A stretch of DNA of 64,000 bases from Eledone cirrhosa (lineage: Eukaryota). This document shows, in pieces, positions 1 through 12,337 of this stretch. The stretch lies in NCBI GenBank assembly GCA_964016885.1, contig OZ024742.1:682001-746000 (forward strand). The letters are read 5' to 3'. Every line of letters starts with the position of its first letter. Within the stretch, counting starts at the first letter, position 1. The position numbers were made by a program, and so were the translations under genes. The notes under the pieces were generated by a model. That model saw only the letters and a list, made by a program, of their open reading frames with translations. It was not told the DNA's origin and ran no database searches.

Positions 1-3000
1 TGGTTACTTTTTATCATGACACCAGCATAACCACTTTACAGTTGTCATTGGGTACATGTTATTGTGGGTCCAGCATGAGTACTTTTACAGTGGGGACTGC
101 GTACTTTTTATTGTGGCACCAGCATAACCACTTTACAGTGGAGACTGGGGACTTTTTATCATGACACCAGCATGACCACTTTACAGTGGGGACTGGGTAC
201 TTTTTATCATGACACCACCATGACCACTTTACAGTGGGGACTGGTTACTTTTTATTGTGACACCAGCATGACCACTTTACAGTGGGGACTGGTTACTTTT
301 TATTGTGAAACCAGCATGACCACTTTACAGTGGCGACTGGGTGATTTTTTATTGTGTCACCAGCATGACCACTTTTCAGTGGGGACTGGGGACTTTTTAT
401 TGTGGGACCAGCATGACCACTTTACAGTAGGGACTGGGGACTTTTTATGGTGGCACCAGCATGACCACTTTACAGTGGGGACTGGTTACTTTTTATCATG
501 ACACCAGCATAACCACTTTACAGTTGGCATTGGGTACATGTTATTGTGGGTCCAGCATGAGTACTTTTACAGTGGGGAGTGGGTACATTTTTTATTGTGG
601 CACCAGCATGACCACTTTACAGTGGGGACTGGGTACTTTTTATCATGACACCAACATGACCCCTTTACAGTGTGGACTGGGTACTTTTTATCATGACACC
701 AACATGACCACTTCACAGTGTGGACTGGGTACTTTTTATCATGACACCAGCATGACCACTTTAGAGTGGGGACTGGGTACTTTTTATTGTGGCACCAGCA
801 TGACTACTTTACAGTGGGGACTGGGTACTTTTTATTGTGGCACCAGTATGACCACTTTACAGTGGGGACTGAGTACTTTTTATTGTGGCACCAGCATGAC
901 CACTTTACAGTAGGGACTGGGTACTTTTTATTGTGGCACCAGCATGACCACTTTACAGTGGGGACTGGGGACTTTTTATTGTGGCACCAGCATGACCACT
1001 TTACAGTAGGGACTGGGGACTTTTTATTGTGGCACCAGCATGGCCACTTCACAGTGGGGACTGGGTACTTTTTATCCTGAAACCAGCATGACCACTTTAA
1101 AGTGGGGACTGGGTACTTTTTATTGTGGCACCAGCATGACCACTTTACAGTAGGGACTGGGTACTTTTTATTGTGGCACCAGCATGACCACTTTACAGTA
1201 GGGACTGGGGACTTTTTACTGTGGGACCAGCATGGCCACTTTACAGTGGGGACTGGGTACTTTTTATCCTGACACCAGCATGACCACTTTACAGTGGGGA
1301 CTGGCTACTTTTTATTGTGGCACCAGCATGACCACTTTACAGTGGGGACTGGGGACTTTTTATTGTGGGACCAGCATGACCACTTTGCAGTGGAGACTGG
1401 GTACCTCTTATTGTGGAACCACCATGACCACTTTACAGTGGGGACTGGCTACTTTTTATTGTGGCACCAGCATGACCACTTTTCAGTGGGGACTGGTTAC
1501 TTTTTATTGTGACACCAGCATGACCACTTTACAGTGGGGACTGGTTACTTTTTATTGTGACACCAGCATGACCACTTTACAGTGGGGACTGGTTACTTTT
1601 TATTGTGACACCAGCATGACCACTTTACAGTGGGGACTGGTTACTTTTTATTGTGACAGCAGCATGACCACTTTACAGTGGGGACTGGTTACTTTTTATT
1701 GTGAAACCAGCATGACCACTTTACAGTGCCGACTGGGTGATTTTTTATTGTGTCACCAGCATGACCACTTTTCAGTGGGGACTGGGGACTTTTTATTGTG
1801 GGACCAGCATGACCACTTTACAGCGGGGACTGGGGACTTTTTATTGTGGCACCAGCATGACCACTTTACAGTAGGGACTGGGGACTTTTTATCGTGGCAC
1901 CAGCATGACCACTTTACAGTGGGGACTGGTTACTTTTTATCATGACACCAGCATAACCACTTTACAGTTGGCATTGGGTACATGTTATTGTGGGTCCAGC
2001 ATGAGTACTTTTACAGTGGGGACTGGGTACTTTTTATTGTGGCACCAGTATAACCACTTTACAGTGGAGACTGGGGACTTTTTATCATGACACCAGCATG
2101 ACCACTTTACAGTGGGGACTAGGTACCTTTTATTGCGGCACCAGCATGACCACTTTACAGTGGGGACTGGGTACTTTTTATCATGACCACTTTACAATGG
2201 GGACTGGGTACTTTTTATGATGACCACTTTACAGTGGGGTCTGGGTACTTTTTATCATGACACCAACATGACCACTTTACAGTTGGACTGGGGACTTTTT
2301 ATTGTGGCACCAACATAACCACTTTACAGTGGGGAGGGTACATTTTTTATTGTGGCACCAGCATGACCACTTTACAGTGGGGACTGGGTACTTTTTATCA
2401 TGACACCAACATGACCACTTTACAGTGTGGACTGGGTACTTTTTATCATGACACCAGCATGACCACTTTAGAGTGGGGACTGGGTACTTTTTATTGTGGC
2501 ACCAGCATAACCACTTTACAGTGGGGACTGGGGACTTTTTATTGTGGCACCAGCATGACCACTTTACAGTGGGGACTGAGTACTTTTTATTGTGGCACCA
2601 GCATGACCACTTTACAGTAGGGACTGGGTGCTTTTTATTGTGGCACCAGCATGACCACTTTACAGTGGGGACTGGGTACTTTTTATCATGACACCACCAT
2701 GACCACTTTACAGTGGGGACTGGTTACTTTTTATTGTGACACCAGCATGACCACTTTACAGTGGGGACTGGTTACTTTTTATTGTGACACCAGCATGACC
2801 ACTTTACAGTGGGGACTGGTTACTTTTTATTGTGACACCAGCATGACCACTTTACAGTGGCGACTGGGTCATTTTTAATTGTCACCGGCATGACCACTTT
2901 ACAGTGGGGACTGGTTACTTTTTATTGTGACACCAGCATGACCACTTTACAGTGGGGACTGGTTACTTTTTATCATGACACCAGCATGACCACTTTTCAG

Positions 3001-4535
3001 TGGGGACTGGGGACTTTTTATTGTGGGACCAGCATGACCACTTTACAGTGGGGACTGGGTACTTTTTATTGTGGCACCAGCATGATCACTTTACAGTAGG
3101 GACTGAGGACTTTTTATCGTGGAACCAGCATGACCACTTTACAGTGGGGACTGGTTACTTTTTATCATGACACCAGCATAACCACTTTACAGTTGTCATT
3201 GGGTACATGTTATTGTGGGTCCAGCATGAGTACTTTTACAGTGGGGACTGCGTACTTTTTATTGTGGCACCAGCATAACCACTTTACAGTGGAGACTGGG
3301 GACTTTTTATCATGACACCAGCATGACCACTTTACAGTGGGGACTGGGTACTTTTTATCATGACCACTTTACAATGGGGACTGGGTACTTTTTATGATGA
3401 CCACTTTACAGTGGGGTCTGGGTACTTTTTATCATGACACCAACATGACCACTTTACAGTGGGGACTGGGGACTTTTTATTGTGGCACCAACATGACCAC
3501 TTTACAGTGGGGAGTGGGTACATTTTTTATTGTGGCACCAGCATGACCACTTTACAGTGGGGACTGGGTACTTTTTATCATGACACCAACATGACCACTT
3601 TACAGTGTGGACTGGGTACTTTTTATCATGACACCAGCATGACCACTTTAGAGTGGGGACTGGGTACTTTTTATTGTGGCACCAGCATGACCACTTTACA
3701 GTGGGGACTGGGTACTTTTTATTGTGGCACCAGGATGACCACTTTACAGTGGGGACTGAGTACTTTTTATTGTGGCACCAGCATGACCACTTTACAGTAG
3801 GGACTGGGTACTTTTTATTGTGGCACCAGCATGACCACTTTACAGTGGGGACTGGGTACTTTTTATTGTGGCACCAGCATGACCACTTTACAGTAGGGAC
3901 TGGGGACTTTTTATTGTGGCACCAGCATGGCCACTTTACAGTGGGGACTGGGTACTTTTTATCCTGAAACCAGCATGACCACTTTAAAGTGGGGACTGGG
4001 TACTTTTTATTGTGGCACCAGCATGACCACTTTACAGTAGGGACTGGGTACTTTTTATTGTGGCACCAGCATGACCACTTTACAGTAGGGACTGGGGACT
4101 TTTTATTGTGGCACCAGCATGGCCACTTTACAGTGGGGACTGGGTACTTTTTATCCTGACACCAGCATGACCACTTTACAGTAGGGACTGGGTACTTTTT
4201 ATTGTGGCACCAGCATGATCACTTTACAGTAGGGACTGGGGACTTTTTATTGTGGCACCAGCATGGCCACTTTACAGTGGGGACTGGGTACTTTTTATCC
4301 TGACACCAGCATGACCACTTTACAGTAGGGACTGGGTACTTTTTATTGTGGCACCAGCATGACCACTTTACAGTAGGGACTGGGTACTTTTTATCATGAC
4401 ACCAGCATGACCACTTTACAGTGGGGACTGGGTACTTTCTATTGTGGCACCAGCATGACCACTTTACAGTAGGGACTGGGGACTTTTTATTGTGACACCA
4501 GCATGACCACTTTACAGTGGGGACTGGGTACTTTT
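1..4535. repeat. 48-bp minisatellite, roughly 90-95 units, truncated by the window start
   Basis: Unit CCAGCATGACCACTTTACAGTGGGGACTGGGTACTTTTTATTGTGGCA; 16-aa periodicity in the spurious ORFs. Confidence 0.97.
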
Positions 4536-4588
4536 CCATCGTGTATGATAAAACAACTAAAATAGGAGGTTGGTTGTCAGGTAATTAC

Positions 4589-4738
4589 CTGAATCTTCAA
4601 AGCGGCAGCTCGTTGTCTGATGAAATTTTGACGTTCCAGCAGGGCCTTCATCCATCGCTGTATGGTTACCACTCGTTGCATTATTGCCCGATGTAAAGCC
4701 TCATCAAGCCGCACTTTCTCCACCTCTCGCAGAAAAAC
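4589..4738 (-). CDS. MYO9: Myosin neck exon with IQ motifs: VFLREVEKVRLDEALHRAIMQRVVTIQRWMKALLERQNFIRQRAAALKIQ
   Basis: ttgtAG| acceptor and CAG|GTAATT donor, 150 nt. Contains one IQxxxK-type motif and the start of a second IQ. Confidence 0.95.
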
Positions 4739-5031
4739 CTACAATGAAGAAGACAATAAGATTATAGTTAAATAGTGTAACATTTTAATTAAGGACACGG
4801 GCAAACACACACACACATACATATATATATATACACTCACACATATATATATACACACACACACATACATATACACATACTCAGAGACACACACACATAT
4901 ATATACACACACACAAATACACCCACGCTCATATATGTGTGTGTTACTGGTGTCAGTTATCAGACTACAGGGATGCTAAGGCACCACCATTAATGCTATG
5001 ATACAAAATAAAAGCTAACGTATCATCTTAC

Positions 5032-5154
5032 TTTTGTAATTCCAATCTGATAATTCTCTTGATTCAGATCCATACATTCCAGGAATTTCTTGACGTCTTC
5101 CTTTGAACTGAGGAGACCGTTTGGAAGAATTATTTTATATTGATGAATAAATTC
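5032..5154 (-). CDS. MYO9: Myosin converter exon: EFIHQYKIILPNGLLSSKEDVKKFLECMDLNQENYQIGITK
   Basis: ttgcAG| acceptor and AAA|GTAAGA donor, 123 nt. The YQIGxTK motif continues as VFLRE in the next exon. Confidence 0.95.
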
Positions 5155-5250
5155 CTGCAAAGGAAAGAAAATATTTTACTGAAATATAAATAAATAAAAA
5201 TTGAAATCAATATTAACATTTTTTTTGTTTTACTTTGTGTCGACATTGTT

Positions 5251-6482
5251 GAGGCTATGATGTGAAGACTGCTTCACATAACACAGGAGGGAGAGGGGTA
5301 TGATGTGAAGACTGCTTCACATAACACAGAGGGAGGAGGCTACGATGTGAAGACTGCTTCACATAACACAGGAGGGAGAGGGGTATGATGTGAAGACTGC
5401 TTCACATAACACAGAGGGAGGAGGCTACGATGTGAAGACTGCTTCACATAACAGAGGGAGGAGGCTATGATGTGAAGACTGCTTCACATAACAGAGGGAG
5501 GAGGCTATGATGTGAAGACTGCTTCACATAACACAGCGGGAGGAGGCTACAATGTGAAGACTGCTTCACATAACAGAGGGAGGAGGCTATGATGTGAAGA
5601 CTGCTTCACATAACAGAGGGAGGAGGCTATGATGTGAATACTGCTTCACATAACAGAGGGAGGAGGCTATGATGTGAAGACTGCTTCACATAACACAGCG
5701 GGAGGAGGCTACAATGTGAAGACTGCTTCACATAACAGAGGGAGGAGGCTATGATGTGAAGACTGCTTCACATAACAGAGGGAGGAGGCTATGATGTGAA
5801 TACTGCTTCACATAACAGAGGGAGGAGGCTATGATGTGAAGACTGCTTCACATAACAGAGGGAGGAGGCTATGATGTGAAGACTGCTTCACATAACAGAG
5901 GGAGGAGGCTATGATGTGAAGACTGCTTCCCATAACAGAGGGAGGAGGCTATGATGTGAAGACTGTTTCCCATAACAGAGGGAGGAGGCTATGATGTGAA
6001 GACTGTTTCCTATAACAGAGGGAGGAGGCTATGATGTGAATACTGCTTCACATAACAGAGGGAGGAGGCTATGATGTGAAGACTGCTTCACATAACAGAG
6101 GGAGGAGGCTATGATGTGAAGACTGCTTCACATAACACAGAGGGAGGAGGCTATGATGTGAAGACTGCTTCACATAACACAGAAGGGAGAGGGGTATGAT
6201 GTGAAGACTGCTTCACATAACACGGAGGGAGGAGGCTATGATGTGAAGACTGCTTCACATAACACAGAGAGAGGAGGCTATGATGTGAAGACTGCTTCAC
6301 ATAACACAGAGGGAGGAGGCTATGATGTGAAGACTGCTTCACATAACACAGAGGGGGGAGGCTATGATGTGAAGACTGCTTCACATAACACAGAAGGGAG
6401 AGGGGTATGATGTGAAGATTGCTTCACATAACACGGAGGGAGGAGGCTATGATGTGAAGACTGCTTCACATAACAGAGGGAG
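5251..6482. repeat. 40-44-bp minisatellite with an internal palindrome, about 30 units
   Basis: Unit GAGGCTATGATGTGAAGACTGCTTCACATAACAGAGGGAG; ATGTGAAG-actg-CTTCACAT forms an 8-bp stem. Confidence 0.97.
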
Positions 6483-6689
6483 GGAGAGAGGGTGGATAAA
6501 CTGCCCCAATATTTGACAGGTAATTTTGCATCTGGAAACTTCCTGTGTGAGACACAAACCTTGGTAAGATATTTCTGTGGAAGACCATCTGTGGTCCCTC
6601 CATGCCAGTCACCCCTCACTATGCTACTGATATTGTCCAAAGGAAAGAAAAACATAGTATGACGGAACTTGGTCCCACTCCTATAACAC

Positions 6690-6745
6690 ATTATTTCCAG
6701 CTGAGAGGACAGGAGCAATGTGAAATGAAGTTGTTGAAGGACAAT
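6690..6745 (-). mobile_element. SINE core remnant
   Basis: CAGCTGAGAGGACAGGAGCAATGTGAAATGAAG matches the reverse complement of the SINE body at about 35405-35438. Confidence 0.6.
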
Positions 6746-7150
6746 AAACAGGTTGTGTGTGTGTGTGTGTGTATATATATAGAAGAGTATGCAGGTAGAG
6801 TAGTGATCTCACACAACACTTCGGGTCACATGGTACCATGGGCCCAGCACTATGTGTCAATAATGGTCACAAGTGTAGTGTTTGTACCAGAGTTTTCAAG
6901 TCGCTGGCTGGACTAAAAAGTCACACTCGTTCAGCGCATCGGTAGGGTTCTCCTACATGGATATAAAGTAGTGGCCGTACTCGAAAAACGAGTTGGCAGC
7001 CACCATATATATGTATATATATGTATATATATATCAGTATATAGAGTAGTAGTATACTTACATCAAATGTGAGTATATAGTGGGTGTGTGTGTGTATATA
7101 TATATATAGATAGATATATATATCAGTATATAGAGTAGTAGTATACTTAC

Positions 7151-7261
7151 ATCAAACGTGAGTCTATAGTTGTATCCAGATTGTCTTATCTTCACTGTAG
7201 CTAACATCCCAGTGTAGTGGAGTTGACGTAACACTAAATCATCATCAAACTGACAAGGAGC
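7151..7261 (-). CDS. MYO9: Myosin motor exon (SH2/SH1 helix region): [37 protein letters not shown]
   Basis: ctccAG| acceptor and GAT|GTAAGT donor, 111 nt. VLRQLxYTGMLxTVxIRQSGY is typical of Myo9. Confidence 0.96.
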
Positions 7262-7264
7262 CTG

Positions 7265-7712
7265 GAGAGAGAGAGATATATAGGGTGAGAGAGAGAGGGT
7301 GAGAGTGAGTGAGGGGGTGAGAGAGAGTGAAGTGAGAGGGTGAGTGGGGTGAGTGAGGGTGAGTGGGGTGAGAGAGAGGAGGTGAGAGAGTGAGAGGGGT
7401 GAGAGGGTGAGAGGGGGTGAGAGACTGAGAGGGGGGTGAGAGAGAGAAATACACCACAATCATCATCATCACAACCACCACTACTATCATTATCATTCCC
7501 ACCACCACCACCATCATCATTATCACTCCCACCACCACCATCATCATTATCACTTCCACCACCACCATTATCACTCCCACCACCACCACCACCACCACCA
7601 CCATTATCACTCCCACCACCACCATCATTATCACTTCCACCATCACCAACATTATCACTACCACCACCACCACCACCACCACCACCATTATCACTCCCAC
7701 CACCACCATCAT
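7265..7712. repeat. Compound low-complexity tract: (GA/GAGT/GGGT)n followed by (CAC/CAT)n
   Basis: Visible directly; it fills the intron between exons 7739-7819 and 7151-7261. Confidence 0.9.
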
Positions 7713-7738
7713 AATAAGAAAGAAATAAGCCAACTTAC

Positions 7739-7819
7739 CTTTTCAGAATTAGACTTGATACAACGTACAAAGAATGGGTTGCCTTGACTTAGAGTTTCCA
7801 TCAACCTGGAGAGTGACCA
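7739..7819 (-). CDS. MYO9: Myosin motor exon: WSLSRLMETLSQGNPFFVRCIKSNSEK
   Basis: gacAG| acceptor and AAG|GTAAGT donor, 81 nt. Canonical LMxTL...PxFVRCIKxN myosin motif. Confidence 0.96.
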
Positions 7820-7907
7820 CTGTCAACAGATAGAACACATCATTTACACCTGTTTAGAGACATTCCTACAAATAACTCAATATTTCTATTTCAATTCAGG
7901 TTTTTTT

Positions 7908-8672
7908 ATCATTATCACCATTTAGCATCCATTTTTCCACGTTAGCATGGGTTAGACGAGTTGTCCCATTCTGAGACAAGCCAGATCAGGTGACTGTGTC
8001 TTGTTCATTTAGAACTGTTTCTCATTTGGTTTCTCTTCCTTACACCAACACCATTTTGTATGTGCTGGGTGTCTTTTATTGTACCACCAGCACAACAACT
8101 TTTACAGTGTTAACTGGGTGTTTTTCATCATGACACCACCATAACCAAATTACAGTGTAGACGGGGTGCTTCACGTCATGTCACCAACACAACCACTTTA
8201 CAGTGTGGACTGAGTGCTTTTCATCATGTCACCAACACAACCACTTTACAGTGTGGACTGAGTGCTTTTTGTCATGTCACCAACACAACCACTTTACAGT
8301 GTGGACTGAGTGCTTTTGTCATGTCACCAACACAACCACTTTGCAGTGTGGACTGAGTGCTTTTGTCATGTCACCAACACAACCACTTTACAGTGTGGAC
8401 AGTGCTTTTTGTCATGTCACCAACACAACCACTTCACAGTGTAGTCTGAGTGCTTTTGTCATGTCACCAACACAACCACTTTACAGTGTGGACTGAGTGC
8501 TTTTGTCATGTCACCAACACAACCACTTTACAGTGTGGACAGTGCTTTTTGTCATGTCGCCAACACAACCACTTTGCAGTGTGGACAGTGCTTTTTGTCA
8601 TGTCACCAACACAACCACTTTACAGTGTCGACTGAGTGCCTTTGTCATGTCACCAACACAACCACTTTGCAG
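7908..8672 (-). repeat. RTE/SINE 3' tail remnant grading into a 46-48-bp minisatellite (homogeneous from about 8176 to 8672)
   Basis: 7918-7960 resembles the LINE 3' end at 12353-12390. Unit CACCAACACAACCACTTTACAGTGTGGACTGAGTGCTTTTGTCATGT. Confidence 0.85.
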
Positions 8673-8717
8673 TTTTTCTATAGCATAAAACAACACACAT
8701 CAATTAATGAATGTTAC

Positions 8718-8825
8718 CTGGAATTGAGCGCTGACACTTGGGGGTTGCTTCTTGAAAGGAAATCTTCCACCTCCAATCATGGTACGTGTTGCAATAGTCT
8801 TCAATGTACGGACATCTCTGTAACT
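8718..8825 (-). CDS. MYO9: Myosin IX exon, end of loop 2: SYRDVRTLKTIATRTMIGGGRFPFKKQPPSVSAQFQ
   Basis: tctttAG| acceptor and CAG|GTAACA donor, 108 nt. KKxPPSVSAQFQ is the myosin loop-2 exit motif. Confidence 0.93.
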
Positions 8826-9130
8826 CTAAAGATACAAACGCAGGTGAAATATAATTACTAAGGCTTTAATTAATGCAATATTGTTGTAATATAAAGAAAT
8901 ACAGGTAATGTTAACGAGAAAAACATTGTTTTTAACATCTGTTAATATTTATAGATCTTTTTAAACTCAGAATAGCTGGACAATGGTGCTGTGAAGTCCC
9001 AACGTGATTTTTTTAAAACTGTTTAGTGAGGGATGGAAGGGCAGTACTCATGACCCCCCTTTTTCAGAGCTTCAGCTATTGGAAGAATGGGATCACCTCA
9101 CAGTGGACACATGGCCCAAGTACTTGCAAT

Positions 9131-9668
9131 AGAGTAAACTCAGCTAAAGGTAACACCACAGTAGACTCAGCTAAAGGTAACACCACAGTAGACTCAACTA
9201 AAGGTAACACCACAGTAGACTCAGCTAAAAGTAACACCACAGTAGACTCAACTAAAGGTAACACCACAGTAAACTCAGCTAAAGGTAACACCACAGTAGA
9301 CTCAGCTAAAGGTAACACCACAGTAGACTCAACTAAAGGTAACACCACAGTAGACTCAACTAAAGGTAACACCACAGTAGACTCAACTAAAGGTAACACC
9401 ACAGTAGACTCAGCTAAAGGTAACACCACAGTAGACTCAGCTAAAGGTAACACCACAGTAGACTCAGCTAAAGGTAACACCACAGTAGACTCAGCTAAAG
9501 GTAACACCACAGTAGACTCAACTAAAGGTAACACCACAGTAGACTCAGCTAAAGGGAACACCACAGTAGACTCAGCTAAAGGTAACACCACAGTAGACTC
9601 AACTAAAGGTAACACCACAGTAAACTCAGCTAAAGGTAACACCACAGTAGACTCAGCTAAAGGTAACC
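9131..9668. repeat. 27-bp minisatellite, about 20 units
   Basis: Unit AGTAGACTCAGCTAAAGGTAACACCAC. Confidence 0.97.
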
Positions 9669-10021
9669 ATTGAACCGGTTGACTGTATAAGTCTACCATT
9701 ACTGTAACACATTTCACTTGTCCTCACTTAAAAATAAATAGTCCTCAATTATATGATTCTATTTCACTCTTATGATTCTATAAGAGAGAGCTGGAACTAA
9801 TACAAGGAGGTATTTTGTCCTCACTCTTCCCACATTATAAACTATTCCAGGTATTGGATATATACAGAACCATGACAACATCGGTGTCAATGTTAAAAGA
9901 AGAAAATCTGAAATAGAATATTATGACTGTGGGGTAGTTTTATGTGAGATCTCAAGTATGTGCTGCATATAAGGATGTGAAATAGCTTGAATAATTTTAT
10001 TTTAAACAACAATAATATATT

Positions 10022-11790
10022 ATTAGCCAGGAGTTACATCTGACAGACAGCATAGTATTGGCCAGGAGTTACATCTGGCATATAGTAGTGTTGGTAGGGA
10101 TTACATCTGACAGACAGTATAGTGTTGGCCAGGAGTTATATCTGACATATAGTATAGTGTTGGTCAGGAGTTACATCTGGCATATAGTATAGTGTTGGCC
10201 AGGAGTTACATCTGACAGACAACATAGTGTTGGCCAGGAGTTACATCTGATAGACAGTATAGTGTTGGTCAGGAGTTACATCTGACAGACAGTATAGTGT
10301 TGGCCAGGAGTTACATCTGACAGACAGTATAGTGTTGGCCAGGAGTTACATCTGGCATATAGTATAGTGTTGGCCAGGAGTTACATCTGACAGACAGTAT
10401 AGTGTTGGCCAGGAGTTATATCTGACATATAGTATAGTGTTGGTCAGGAGTTACATCTGACATCTAGTATAGTGTTGGCTAGGAGTTATATCTGGAATCT
10501 AGTATAGTGTTGGCCAGGAGTTACATCTGACATCTAGTATAATGTTGACCAGGAGTTACAGCTGACATATAGTATAGTGTTGGTCAGGAGTTACATCTGA
10601 CATATAGTATAGTGTTGGTCAGGAGTTACATCTGGCATATAGTATAGTGTTGGCCAGGAGTTACAGCTGACATATAGTATAGTGTTGGTCAGGAGTTACA
10701 TCTGACATCTAGTATAGTGTTGGCCAGGAGTTACATCTGGCATATAGTATAGTGTTGGCCAGGAGTTATATCTGACATATAGTATAGTGTTGGCCAGGAG
10801 TTATATCTGACATATAGTATAGTGTTGGTCAGGAGTTACATCTGGCATATAGTATAGTGTTGGCCAGGAGTTACAGCTGACATATAGTATAGTGTTGGCC
10901 AGGAGTTACATCTGACATATAGTATAGTGTTGGCCAGGAGTTACATCTGGCATATAGTATAGTGTTGGCCAGGAGTTACAGCTGACATATAGTATAGTGT
11001 TGGCCAGGAGTTACATCTGACATATAGTATAGTGTTGGCCAGGAGTTATATCTGGCATATAGTATAGTGTTGGTCAGGATATACATCTGACATATAGTAT
11101 AGTGTTGGCCAGGAGTTACATCTGGCATATAGTATAGTGTTGGTCAGGAGTTACATCTGGCATATAGTATAGTGTTGGCCAGGATATACATCTGACATAG
11201 TACAGTGTTGGCCAGGAGTTACATCTGGCATATAGTATAGTGTTGGCCAGGAGTTACATCTGGCATATAGTATAGTGTTGGCCAGGATATACATCTGACA
11301 TATAGTACAGTGTTGGCCAGGAGTTACATCTGGCATATAGTATAGTGTTGGTCAGGAGTTACATCTGGCATATAGTATAGTGTTGGCCAGGATATACATC
11401 TGACATATAGTACAGTGTTGGCCAGGAGTTACATCTGGCATATAGTATAGTGTTGGCCAGGAGTTACATCTGGCATATAGTATAGTGTTGGCCAGGATAT
11501 ACATCTGACATATAGTACAGTGTTGGCCAGGAGTTACATCTGGCATATAGTATAGTGTTGGTCAGGAGTTACATCTGGCATATAGTATAGTGTTGGCCAG
11601 GATATACATCTGACATATAGTACAGTGTTGGCCAGGAGTTACATCTGGCATATAGTATAGTGTTGGCCAGGAGTTACATCTGGCATATAGTATAGTGTTG
11701 GCCAGGATATACATCTGACATATAGTACAGTGTTGGCCAGGAGTTACATCTGGCATATAGTATAGTGTTGGTCAGGAGTTACATCTGCCA
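10022..11790. repeat. 35-bp minisatellite, about 50 units, with 105/210-bp higher-order structure at the right end
   Basis: Unit TATAGTATAGTGTTGGCCAGGAGTTACATCTGGCA; identical ORFs at 11352 and 11562 are 210 bp apart. Confidence 0.97.
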
Positions 11791-12132
11791 GATAATATCA
11801 GCAACAACAATGTTTCATGTAAATATAGTCTGCAGACATTTGTAGTAAATTGTTAAACATTCTCCTTAACAGAAACTTATCCTTCTAGACACTCATACTC
11901 TTACCAAATCCTTCCGCCATAAAACAGCATCCCTCATGAATTCTCTCACCCTCCTCCAACCCCCCAACCCCAAGCCAAAGTTTTCTCTATATAGAAATTT
12001 AACATTCATCACATGAATCTCTCACCAGTCAGATAAAGATGACCCCCACAAAAGTCCAGGGCTCTGCCACAGCCCTACCCCACACTATTTTAGAAATAAA
12101 AAAAAACGAAAATGTGAAAATGCTTTACTTAC

Positions 12133-12172
12133 AACACTTTGTCTGTATTTGGATTTTGTGCACTTGTTTTTC
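12133..12172 (-). CDS. MYO9: Myosin IX loop-2 exon: (R)KNKCTKSKYRQSV
   Basis: cttaacAG| acceptor, |GTAAGT donor, 40 nt, phase 2 in and 0 out. Resembles the basic RNKNFKSK segment recalled from Myo9a. Confidence 0.72.
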
Positions 12173-12337
12173 CTGTTAAGTAGAAAGTAATGAATATATA
12201 TTTATTAATTTATCCTGTGTTTTTCATTGAAAAAATGTTGAATACATCTCTTTTCATGATATTTGGATTACATTGAGTTCTTCATACGGATTGGACATTA
12301 CCGTATATTTTGGTAGATTTATCTACATATATATATA

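Noticed and set aside
172-4539. Repetitive ORFs (MTTLQWGL..., HQHDHFTVG...)
   Set aside because: Translations of a 48-bp minisatellite inside a Myo9 intron; open in several frames and broken at random.
5251-6482. CRISPR-like palindromic direct repeats
   Set aside because: No unique spacers, no cas genes, and a eukaryotic intron context.
6965-7004. HDV-like ribozyme (7-bp stem starting with a G-U pair on the minus strand)
   Set aside because: No P2/P3/L3 nested pseudoknot or P1.1 elements could be placed; it is a simple hairpin.
9026-9717. ORFs on both strands across the 27-bp repeat (VDSAKGNTT)n
   Set aside because: The unit length is a multiple of 3 and stop-free by chance; no supporting splice path or domain.
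9825-9907. Possible extra Myo9 exon (tttcAG|...|GTGAGG)
   Set aside because: The only fully open frame is hydrophobic and unlike myosin, and exons 12133-12172 and 8718-8825 already join in frame.
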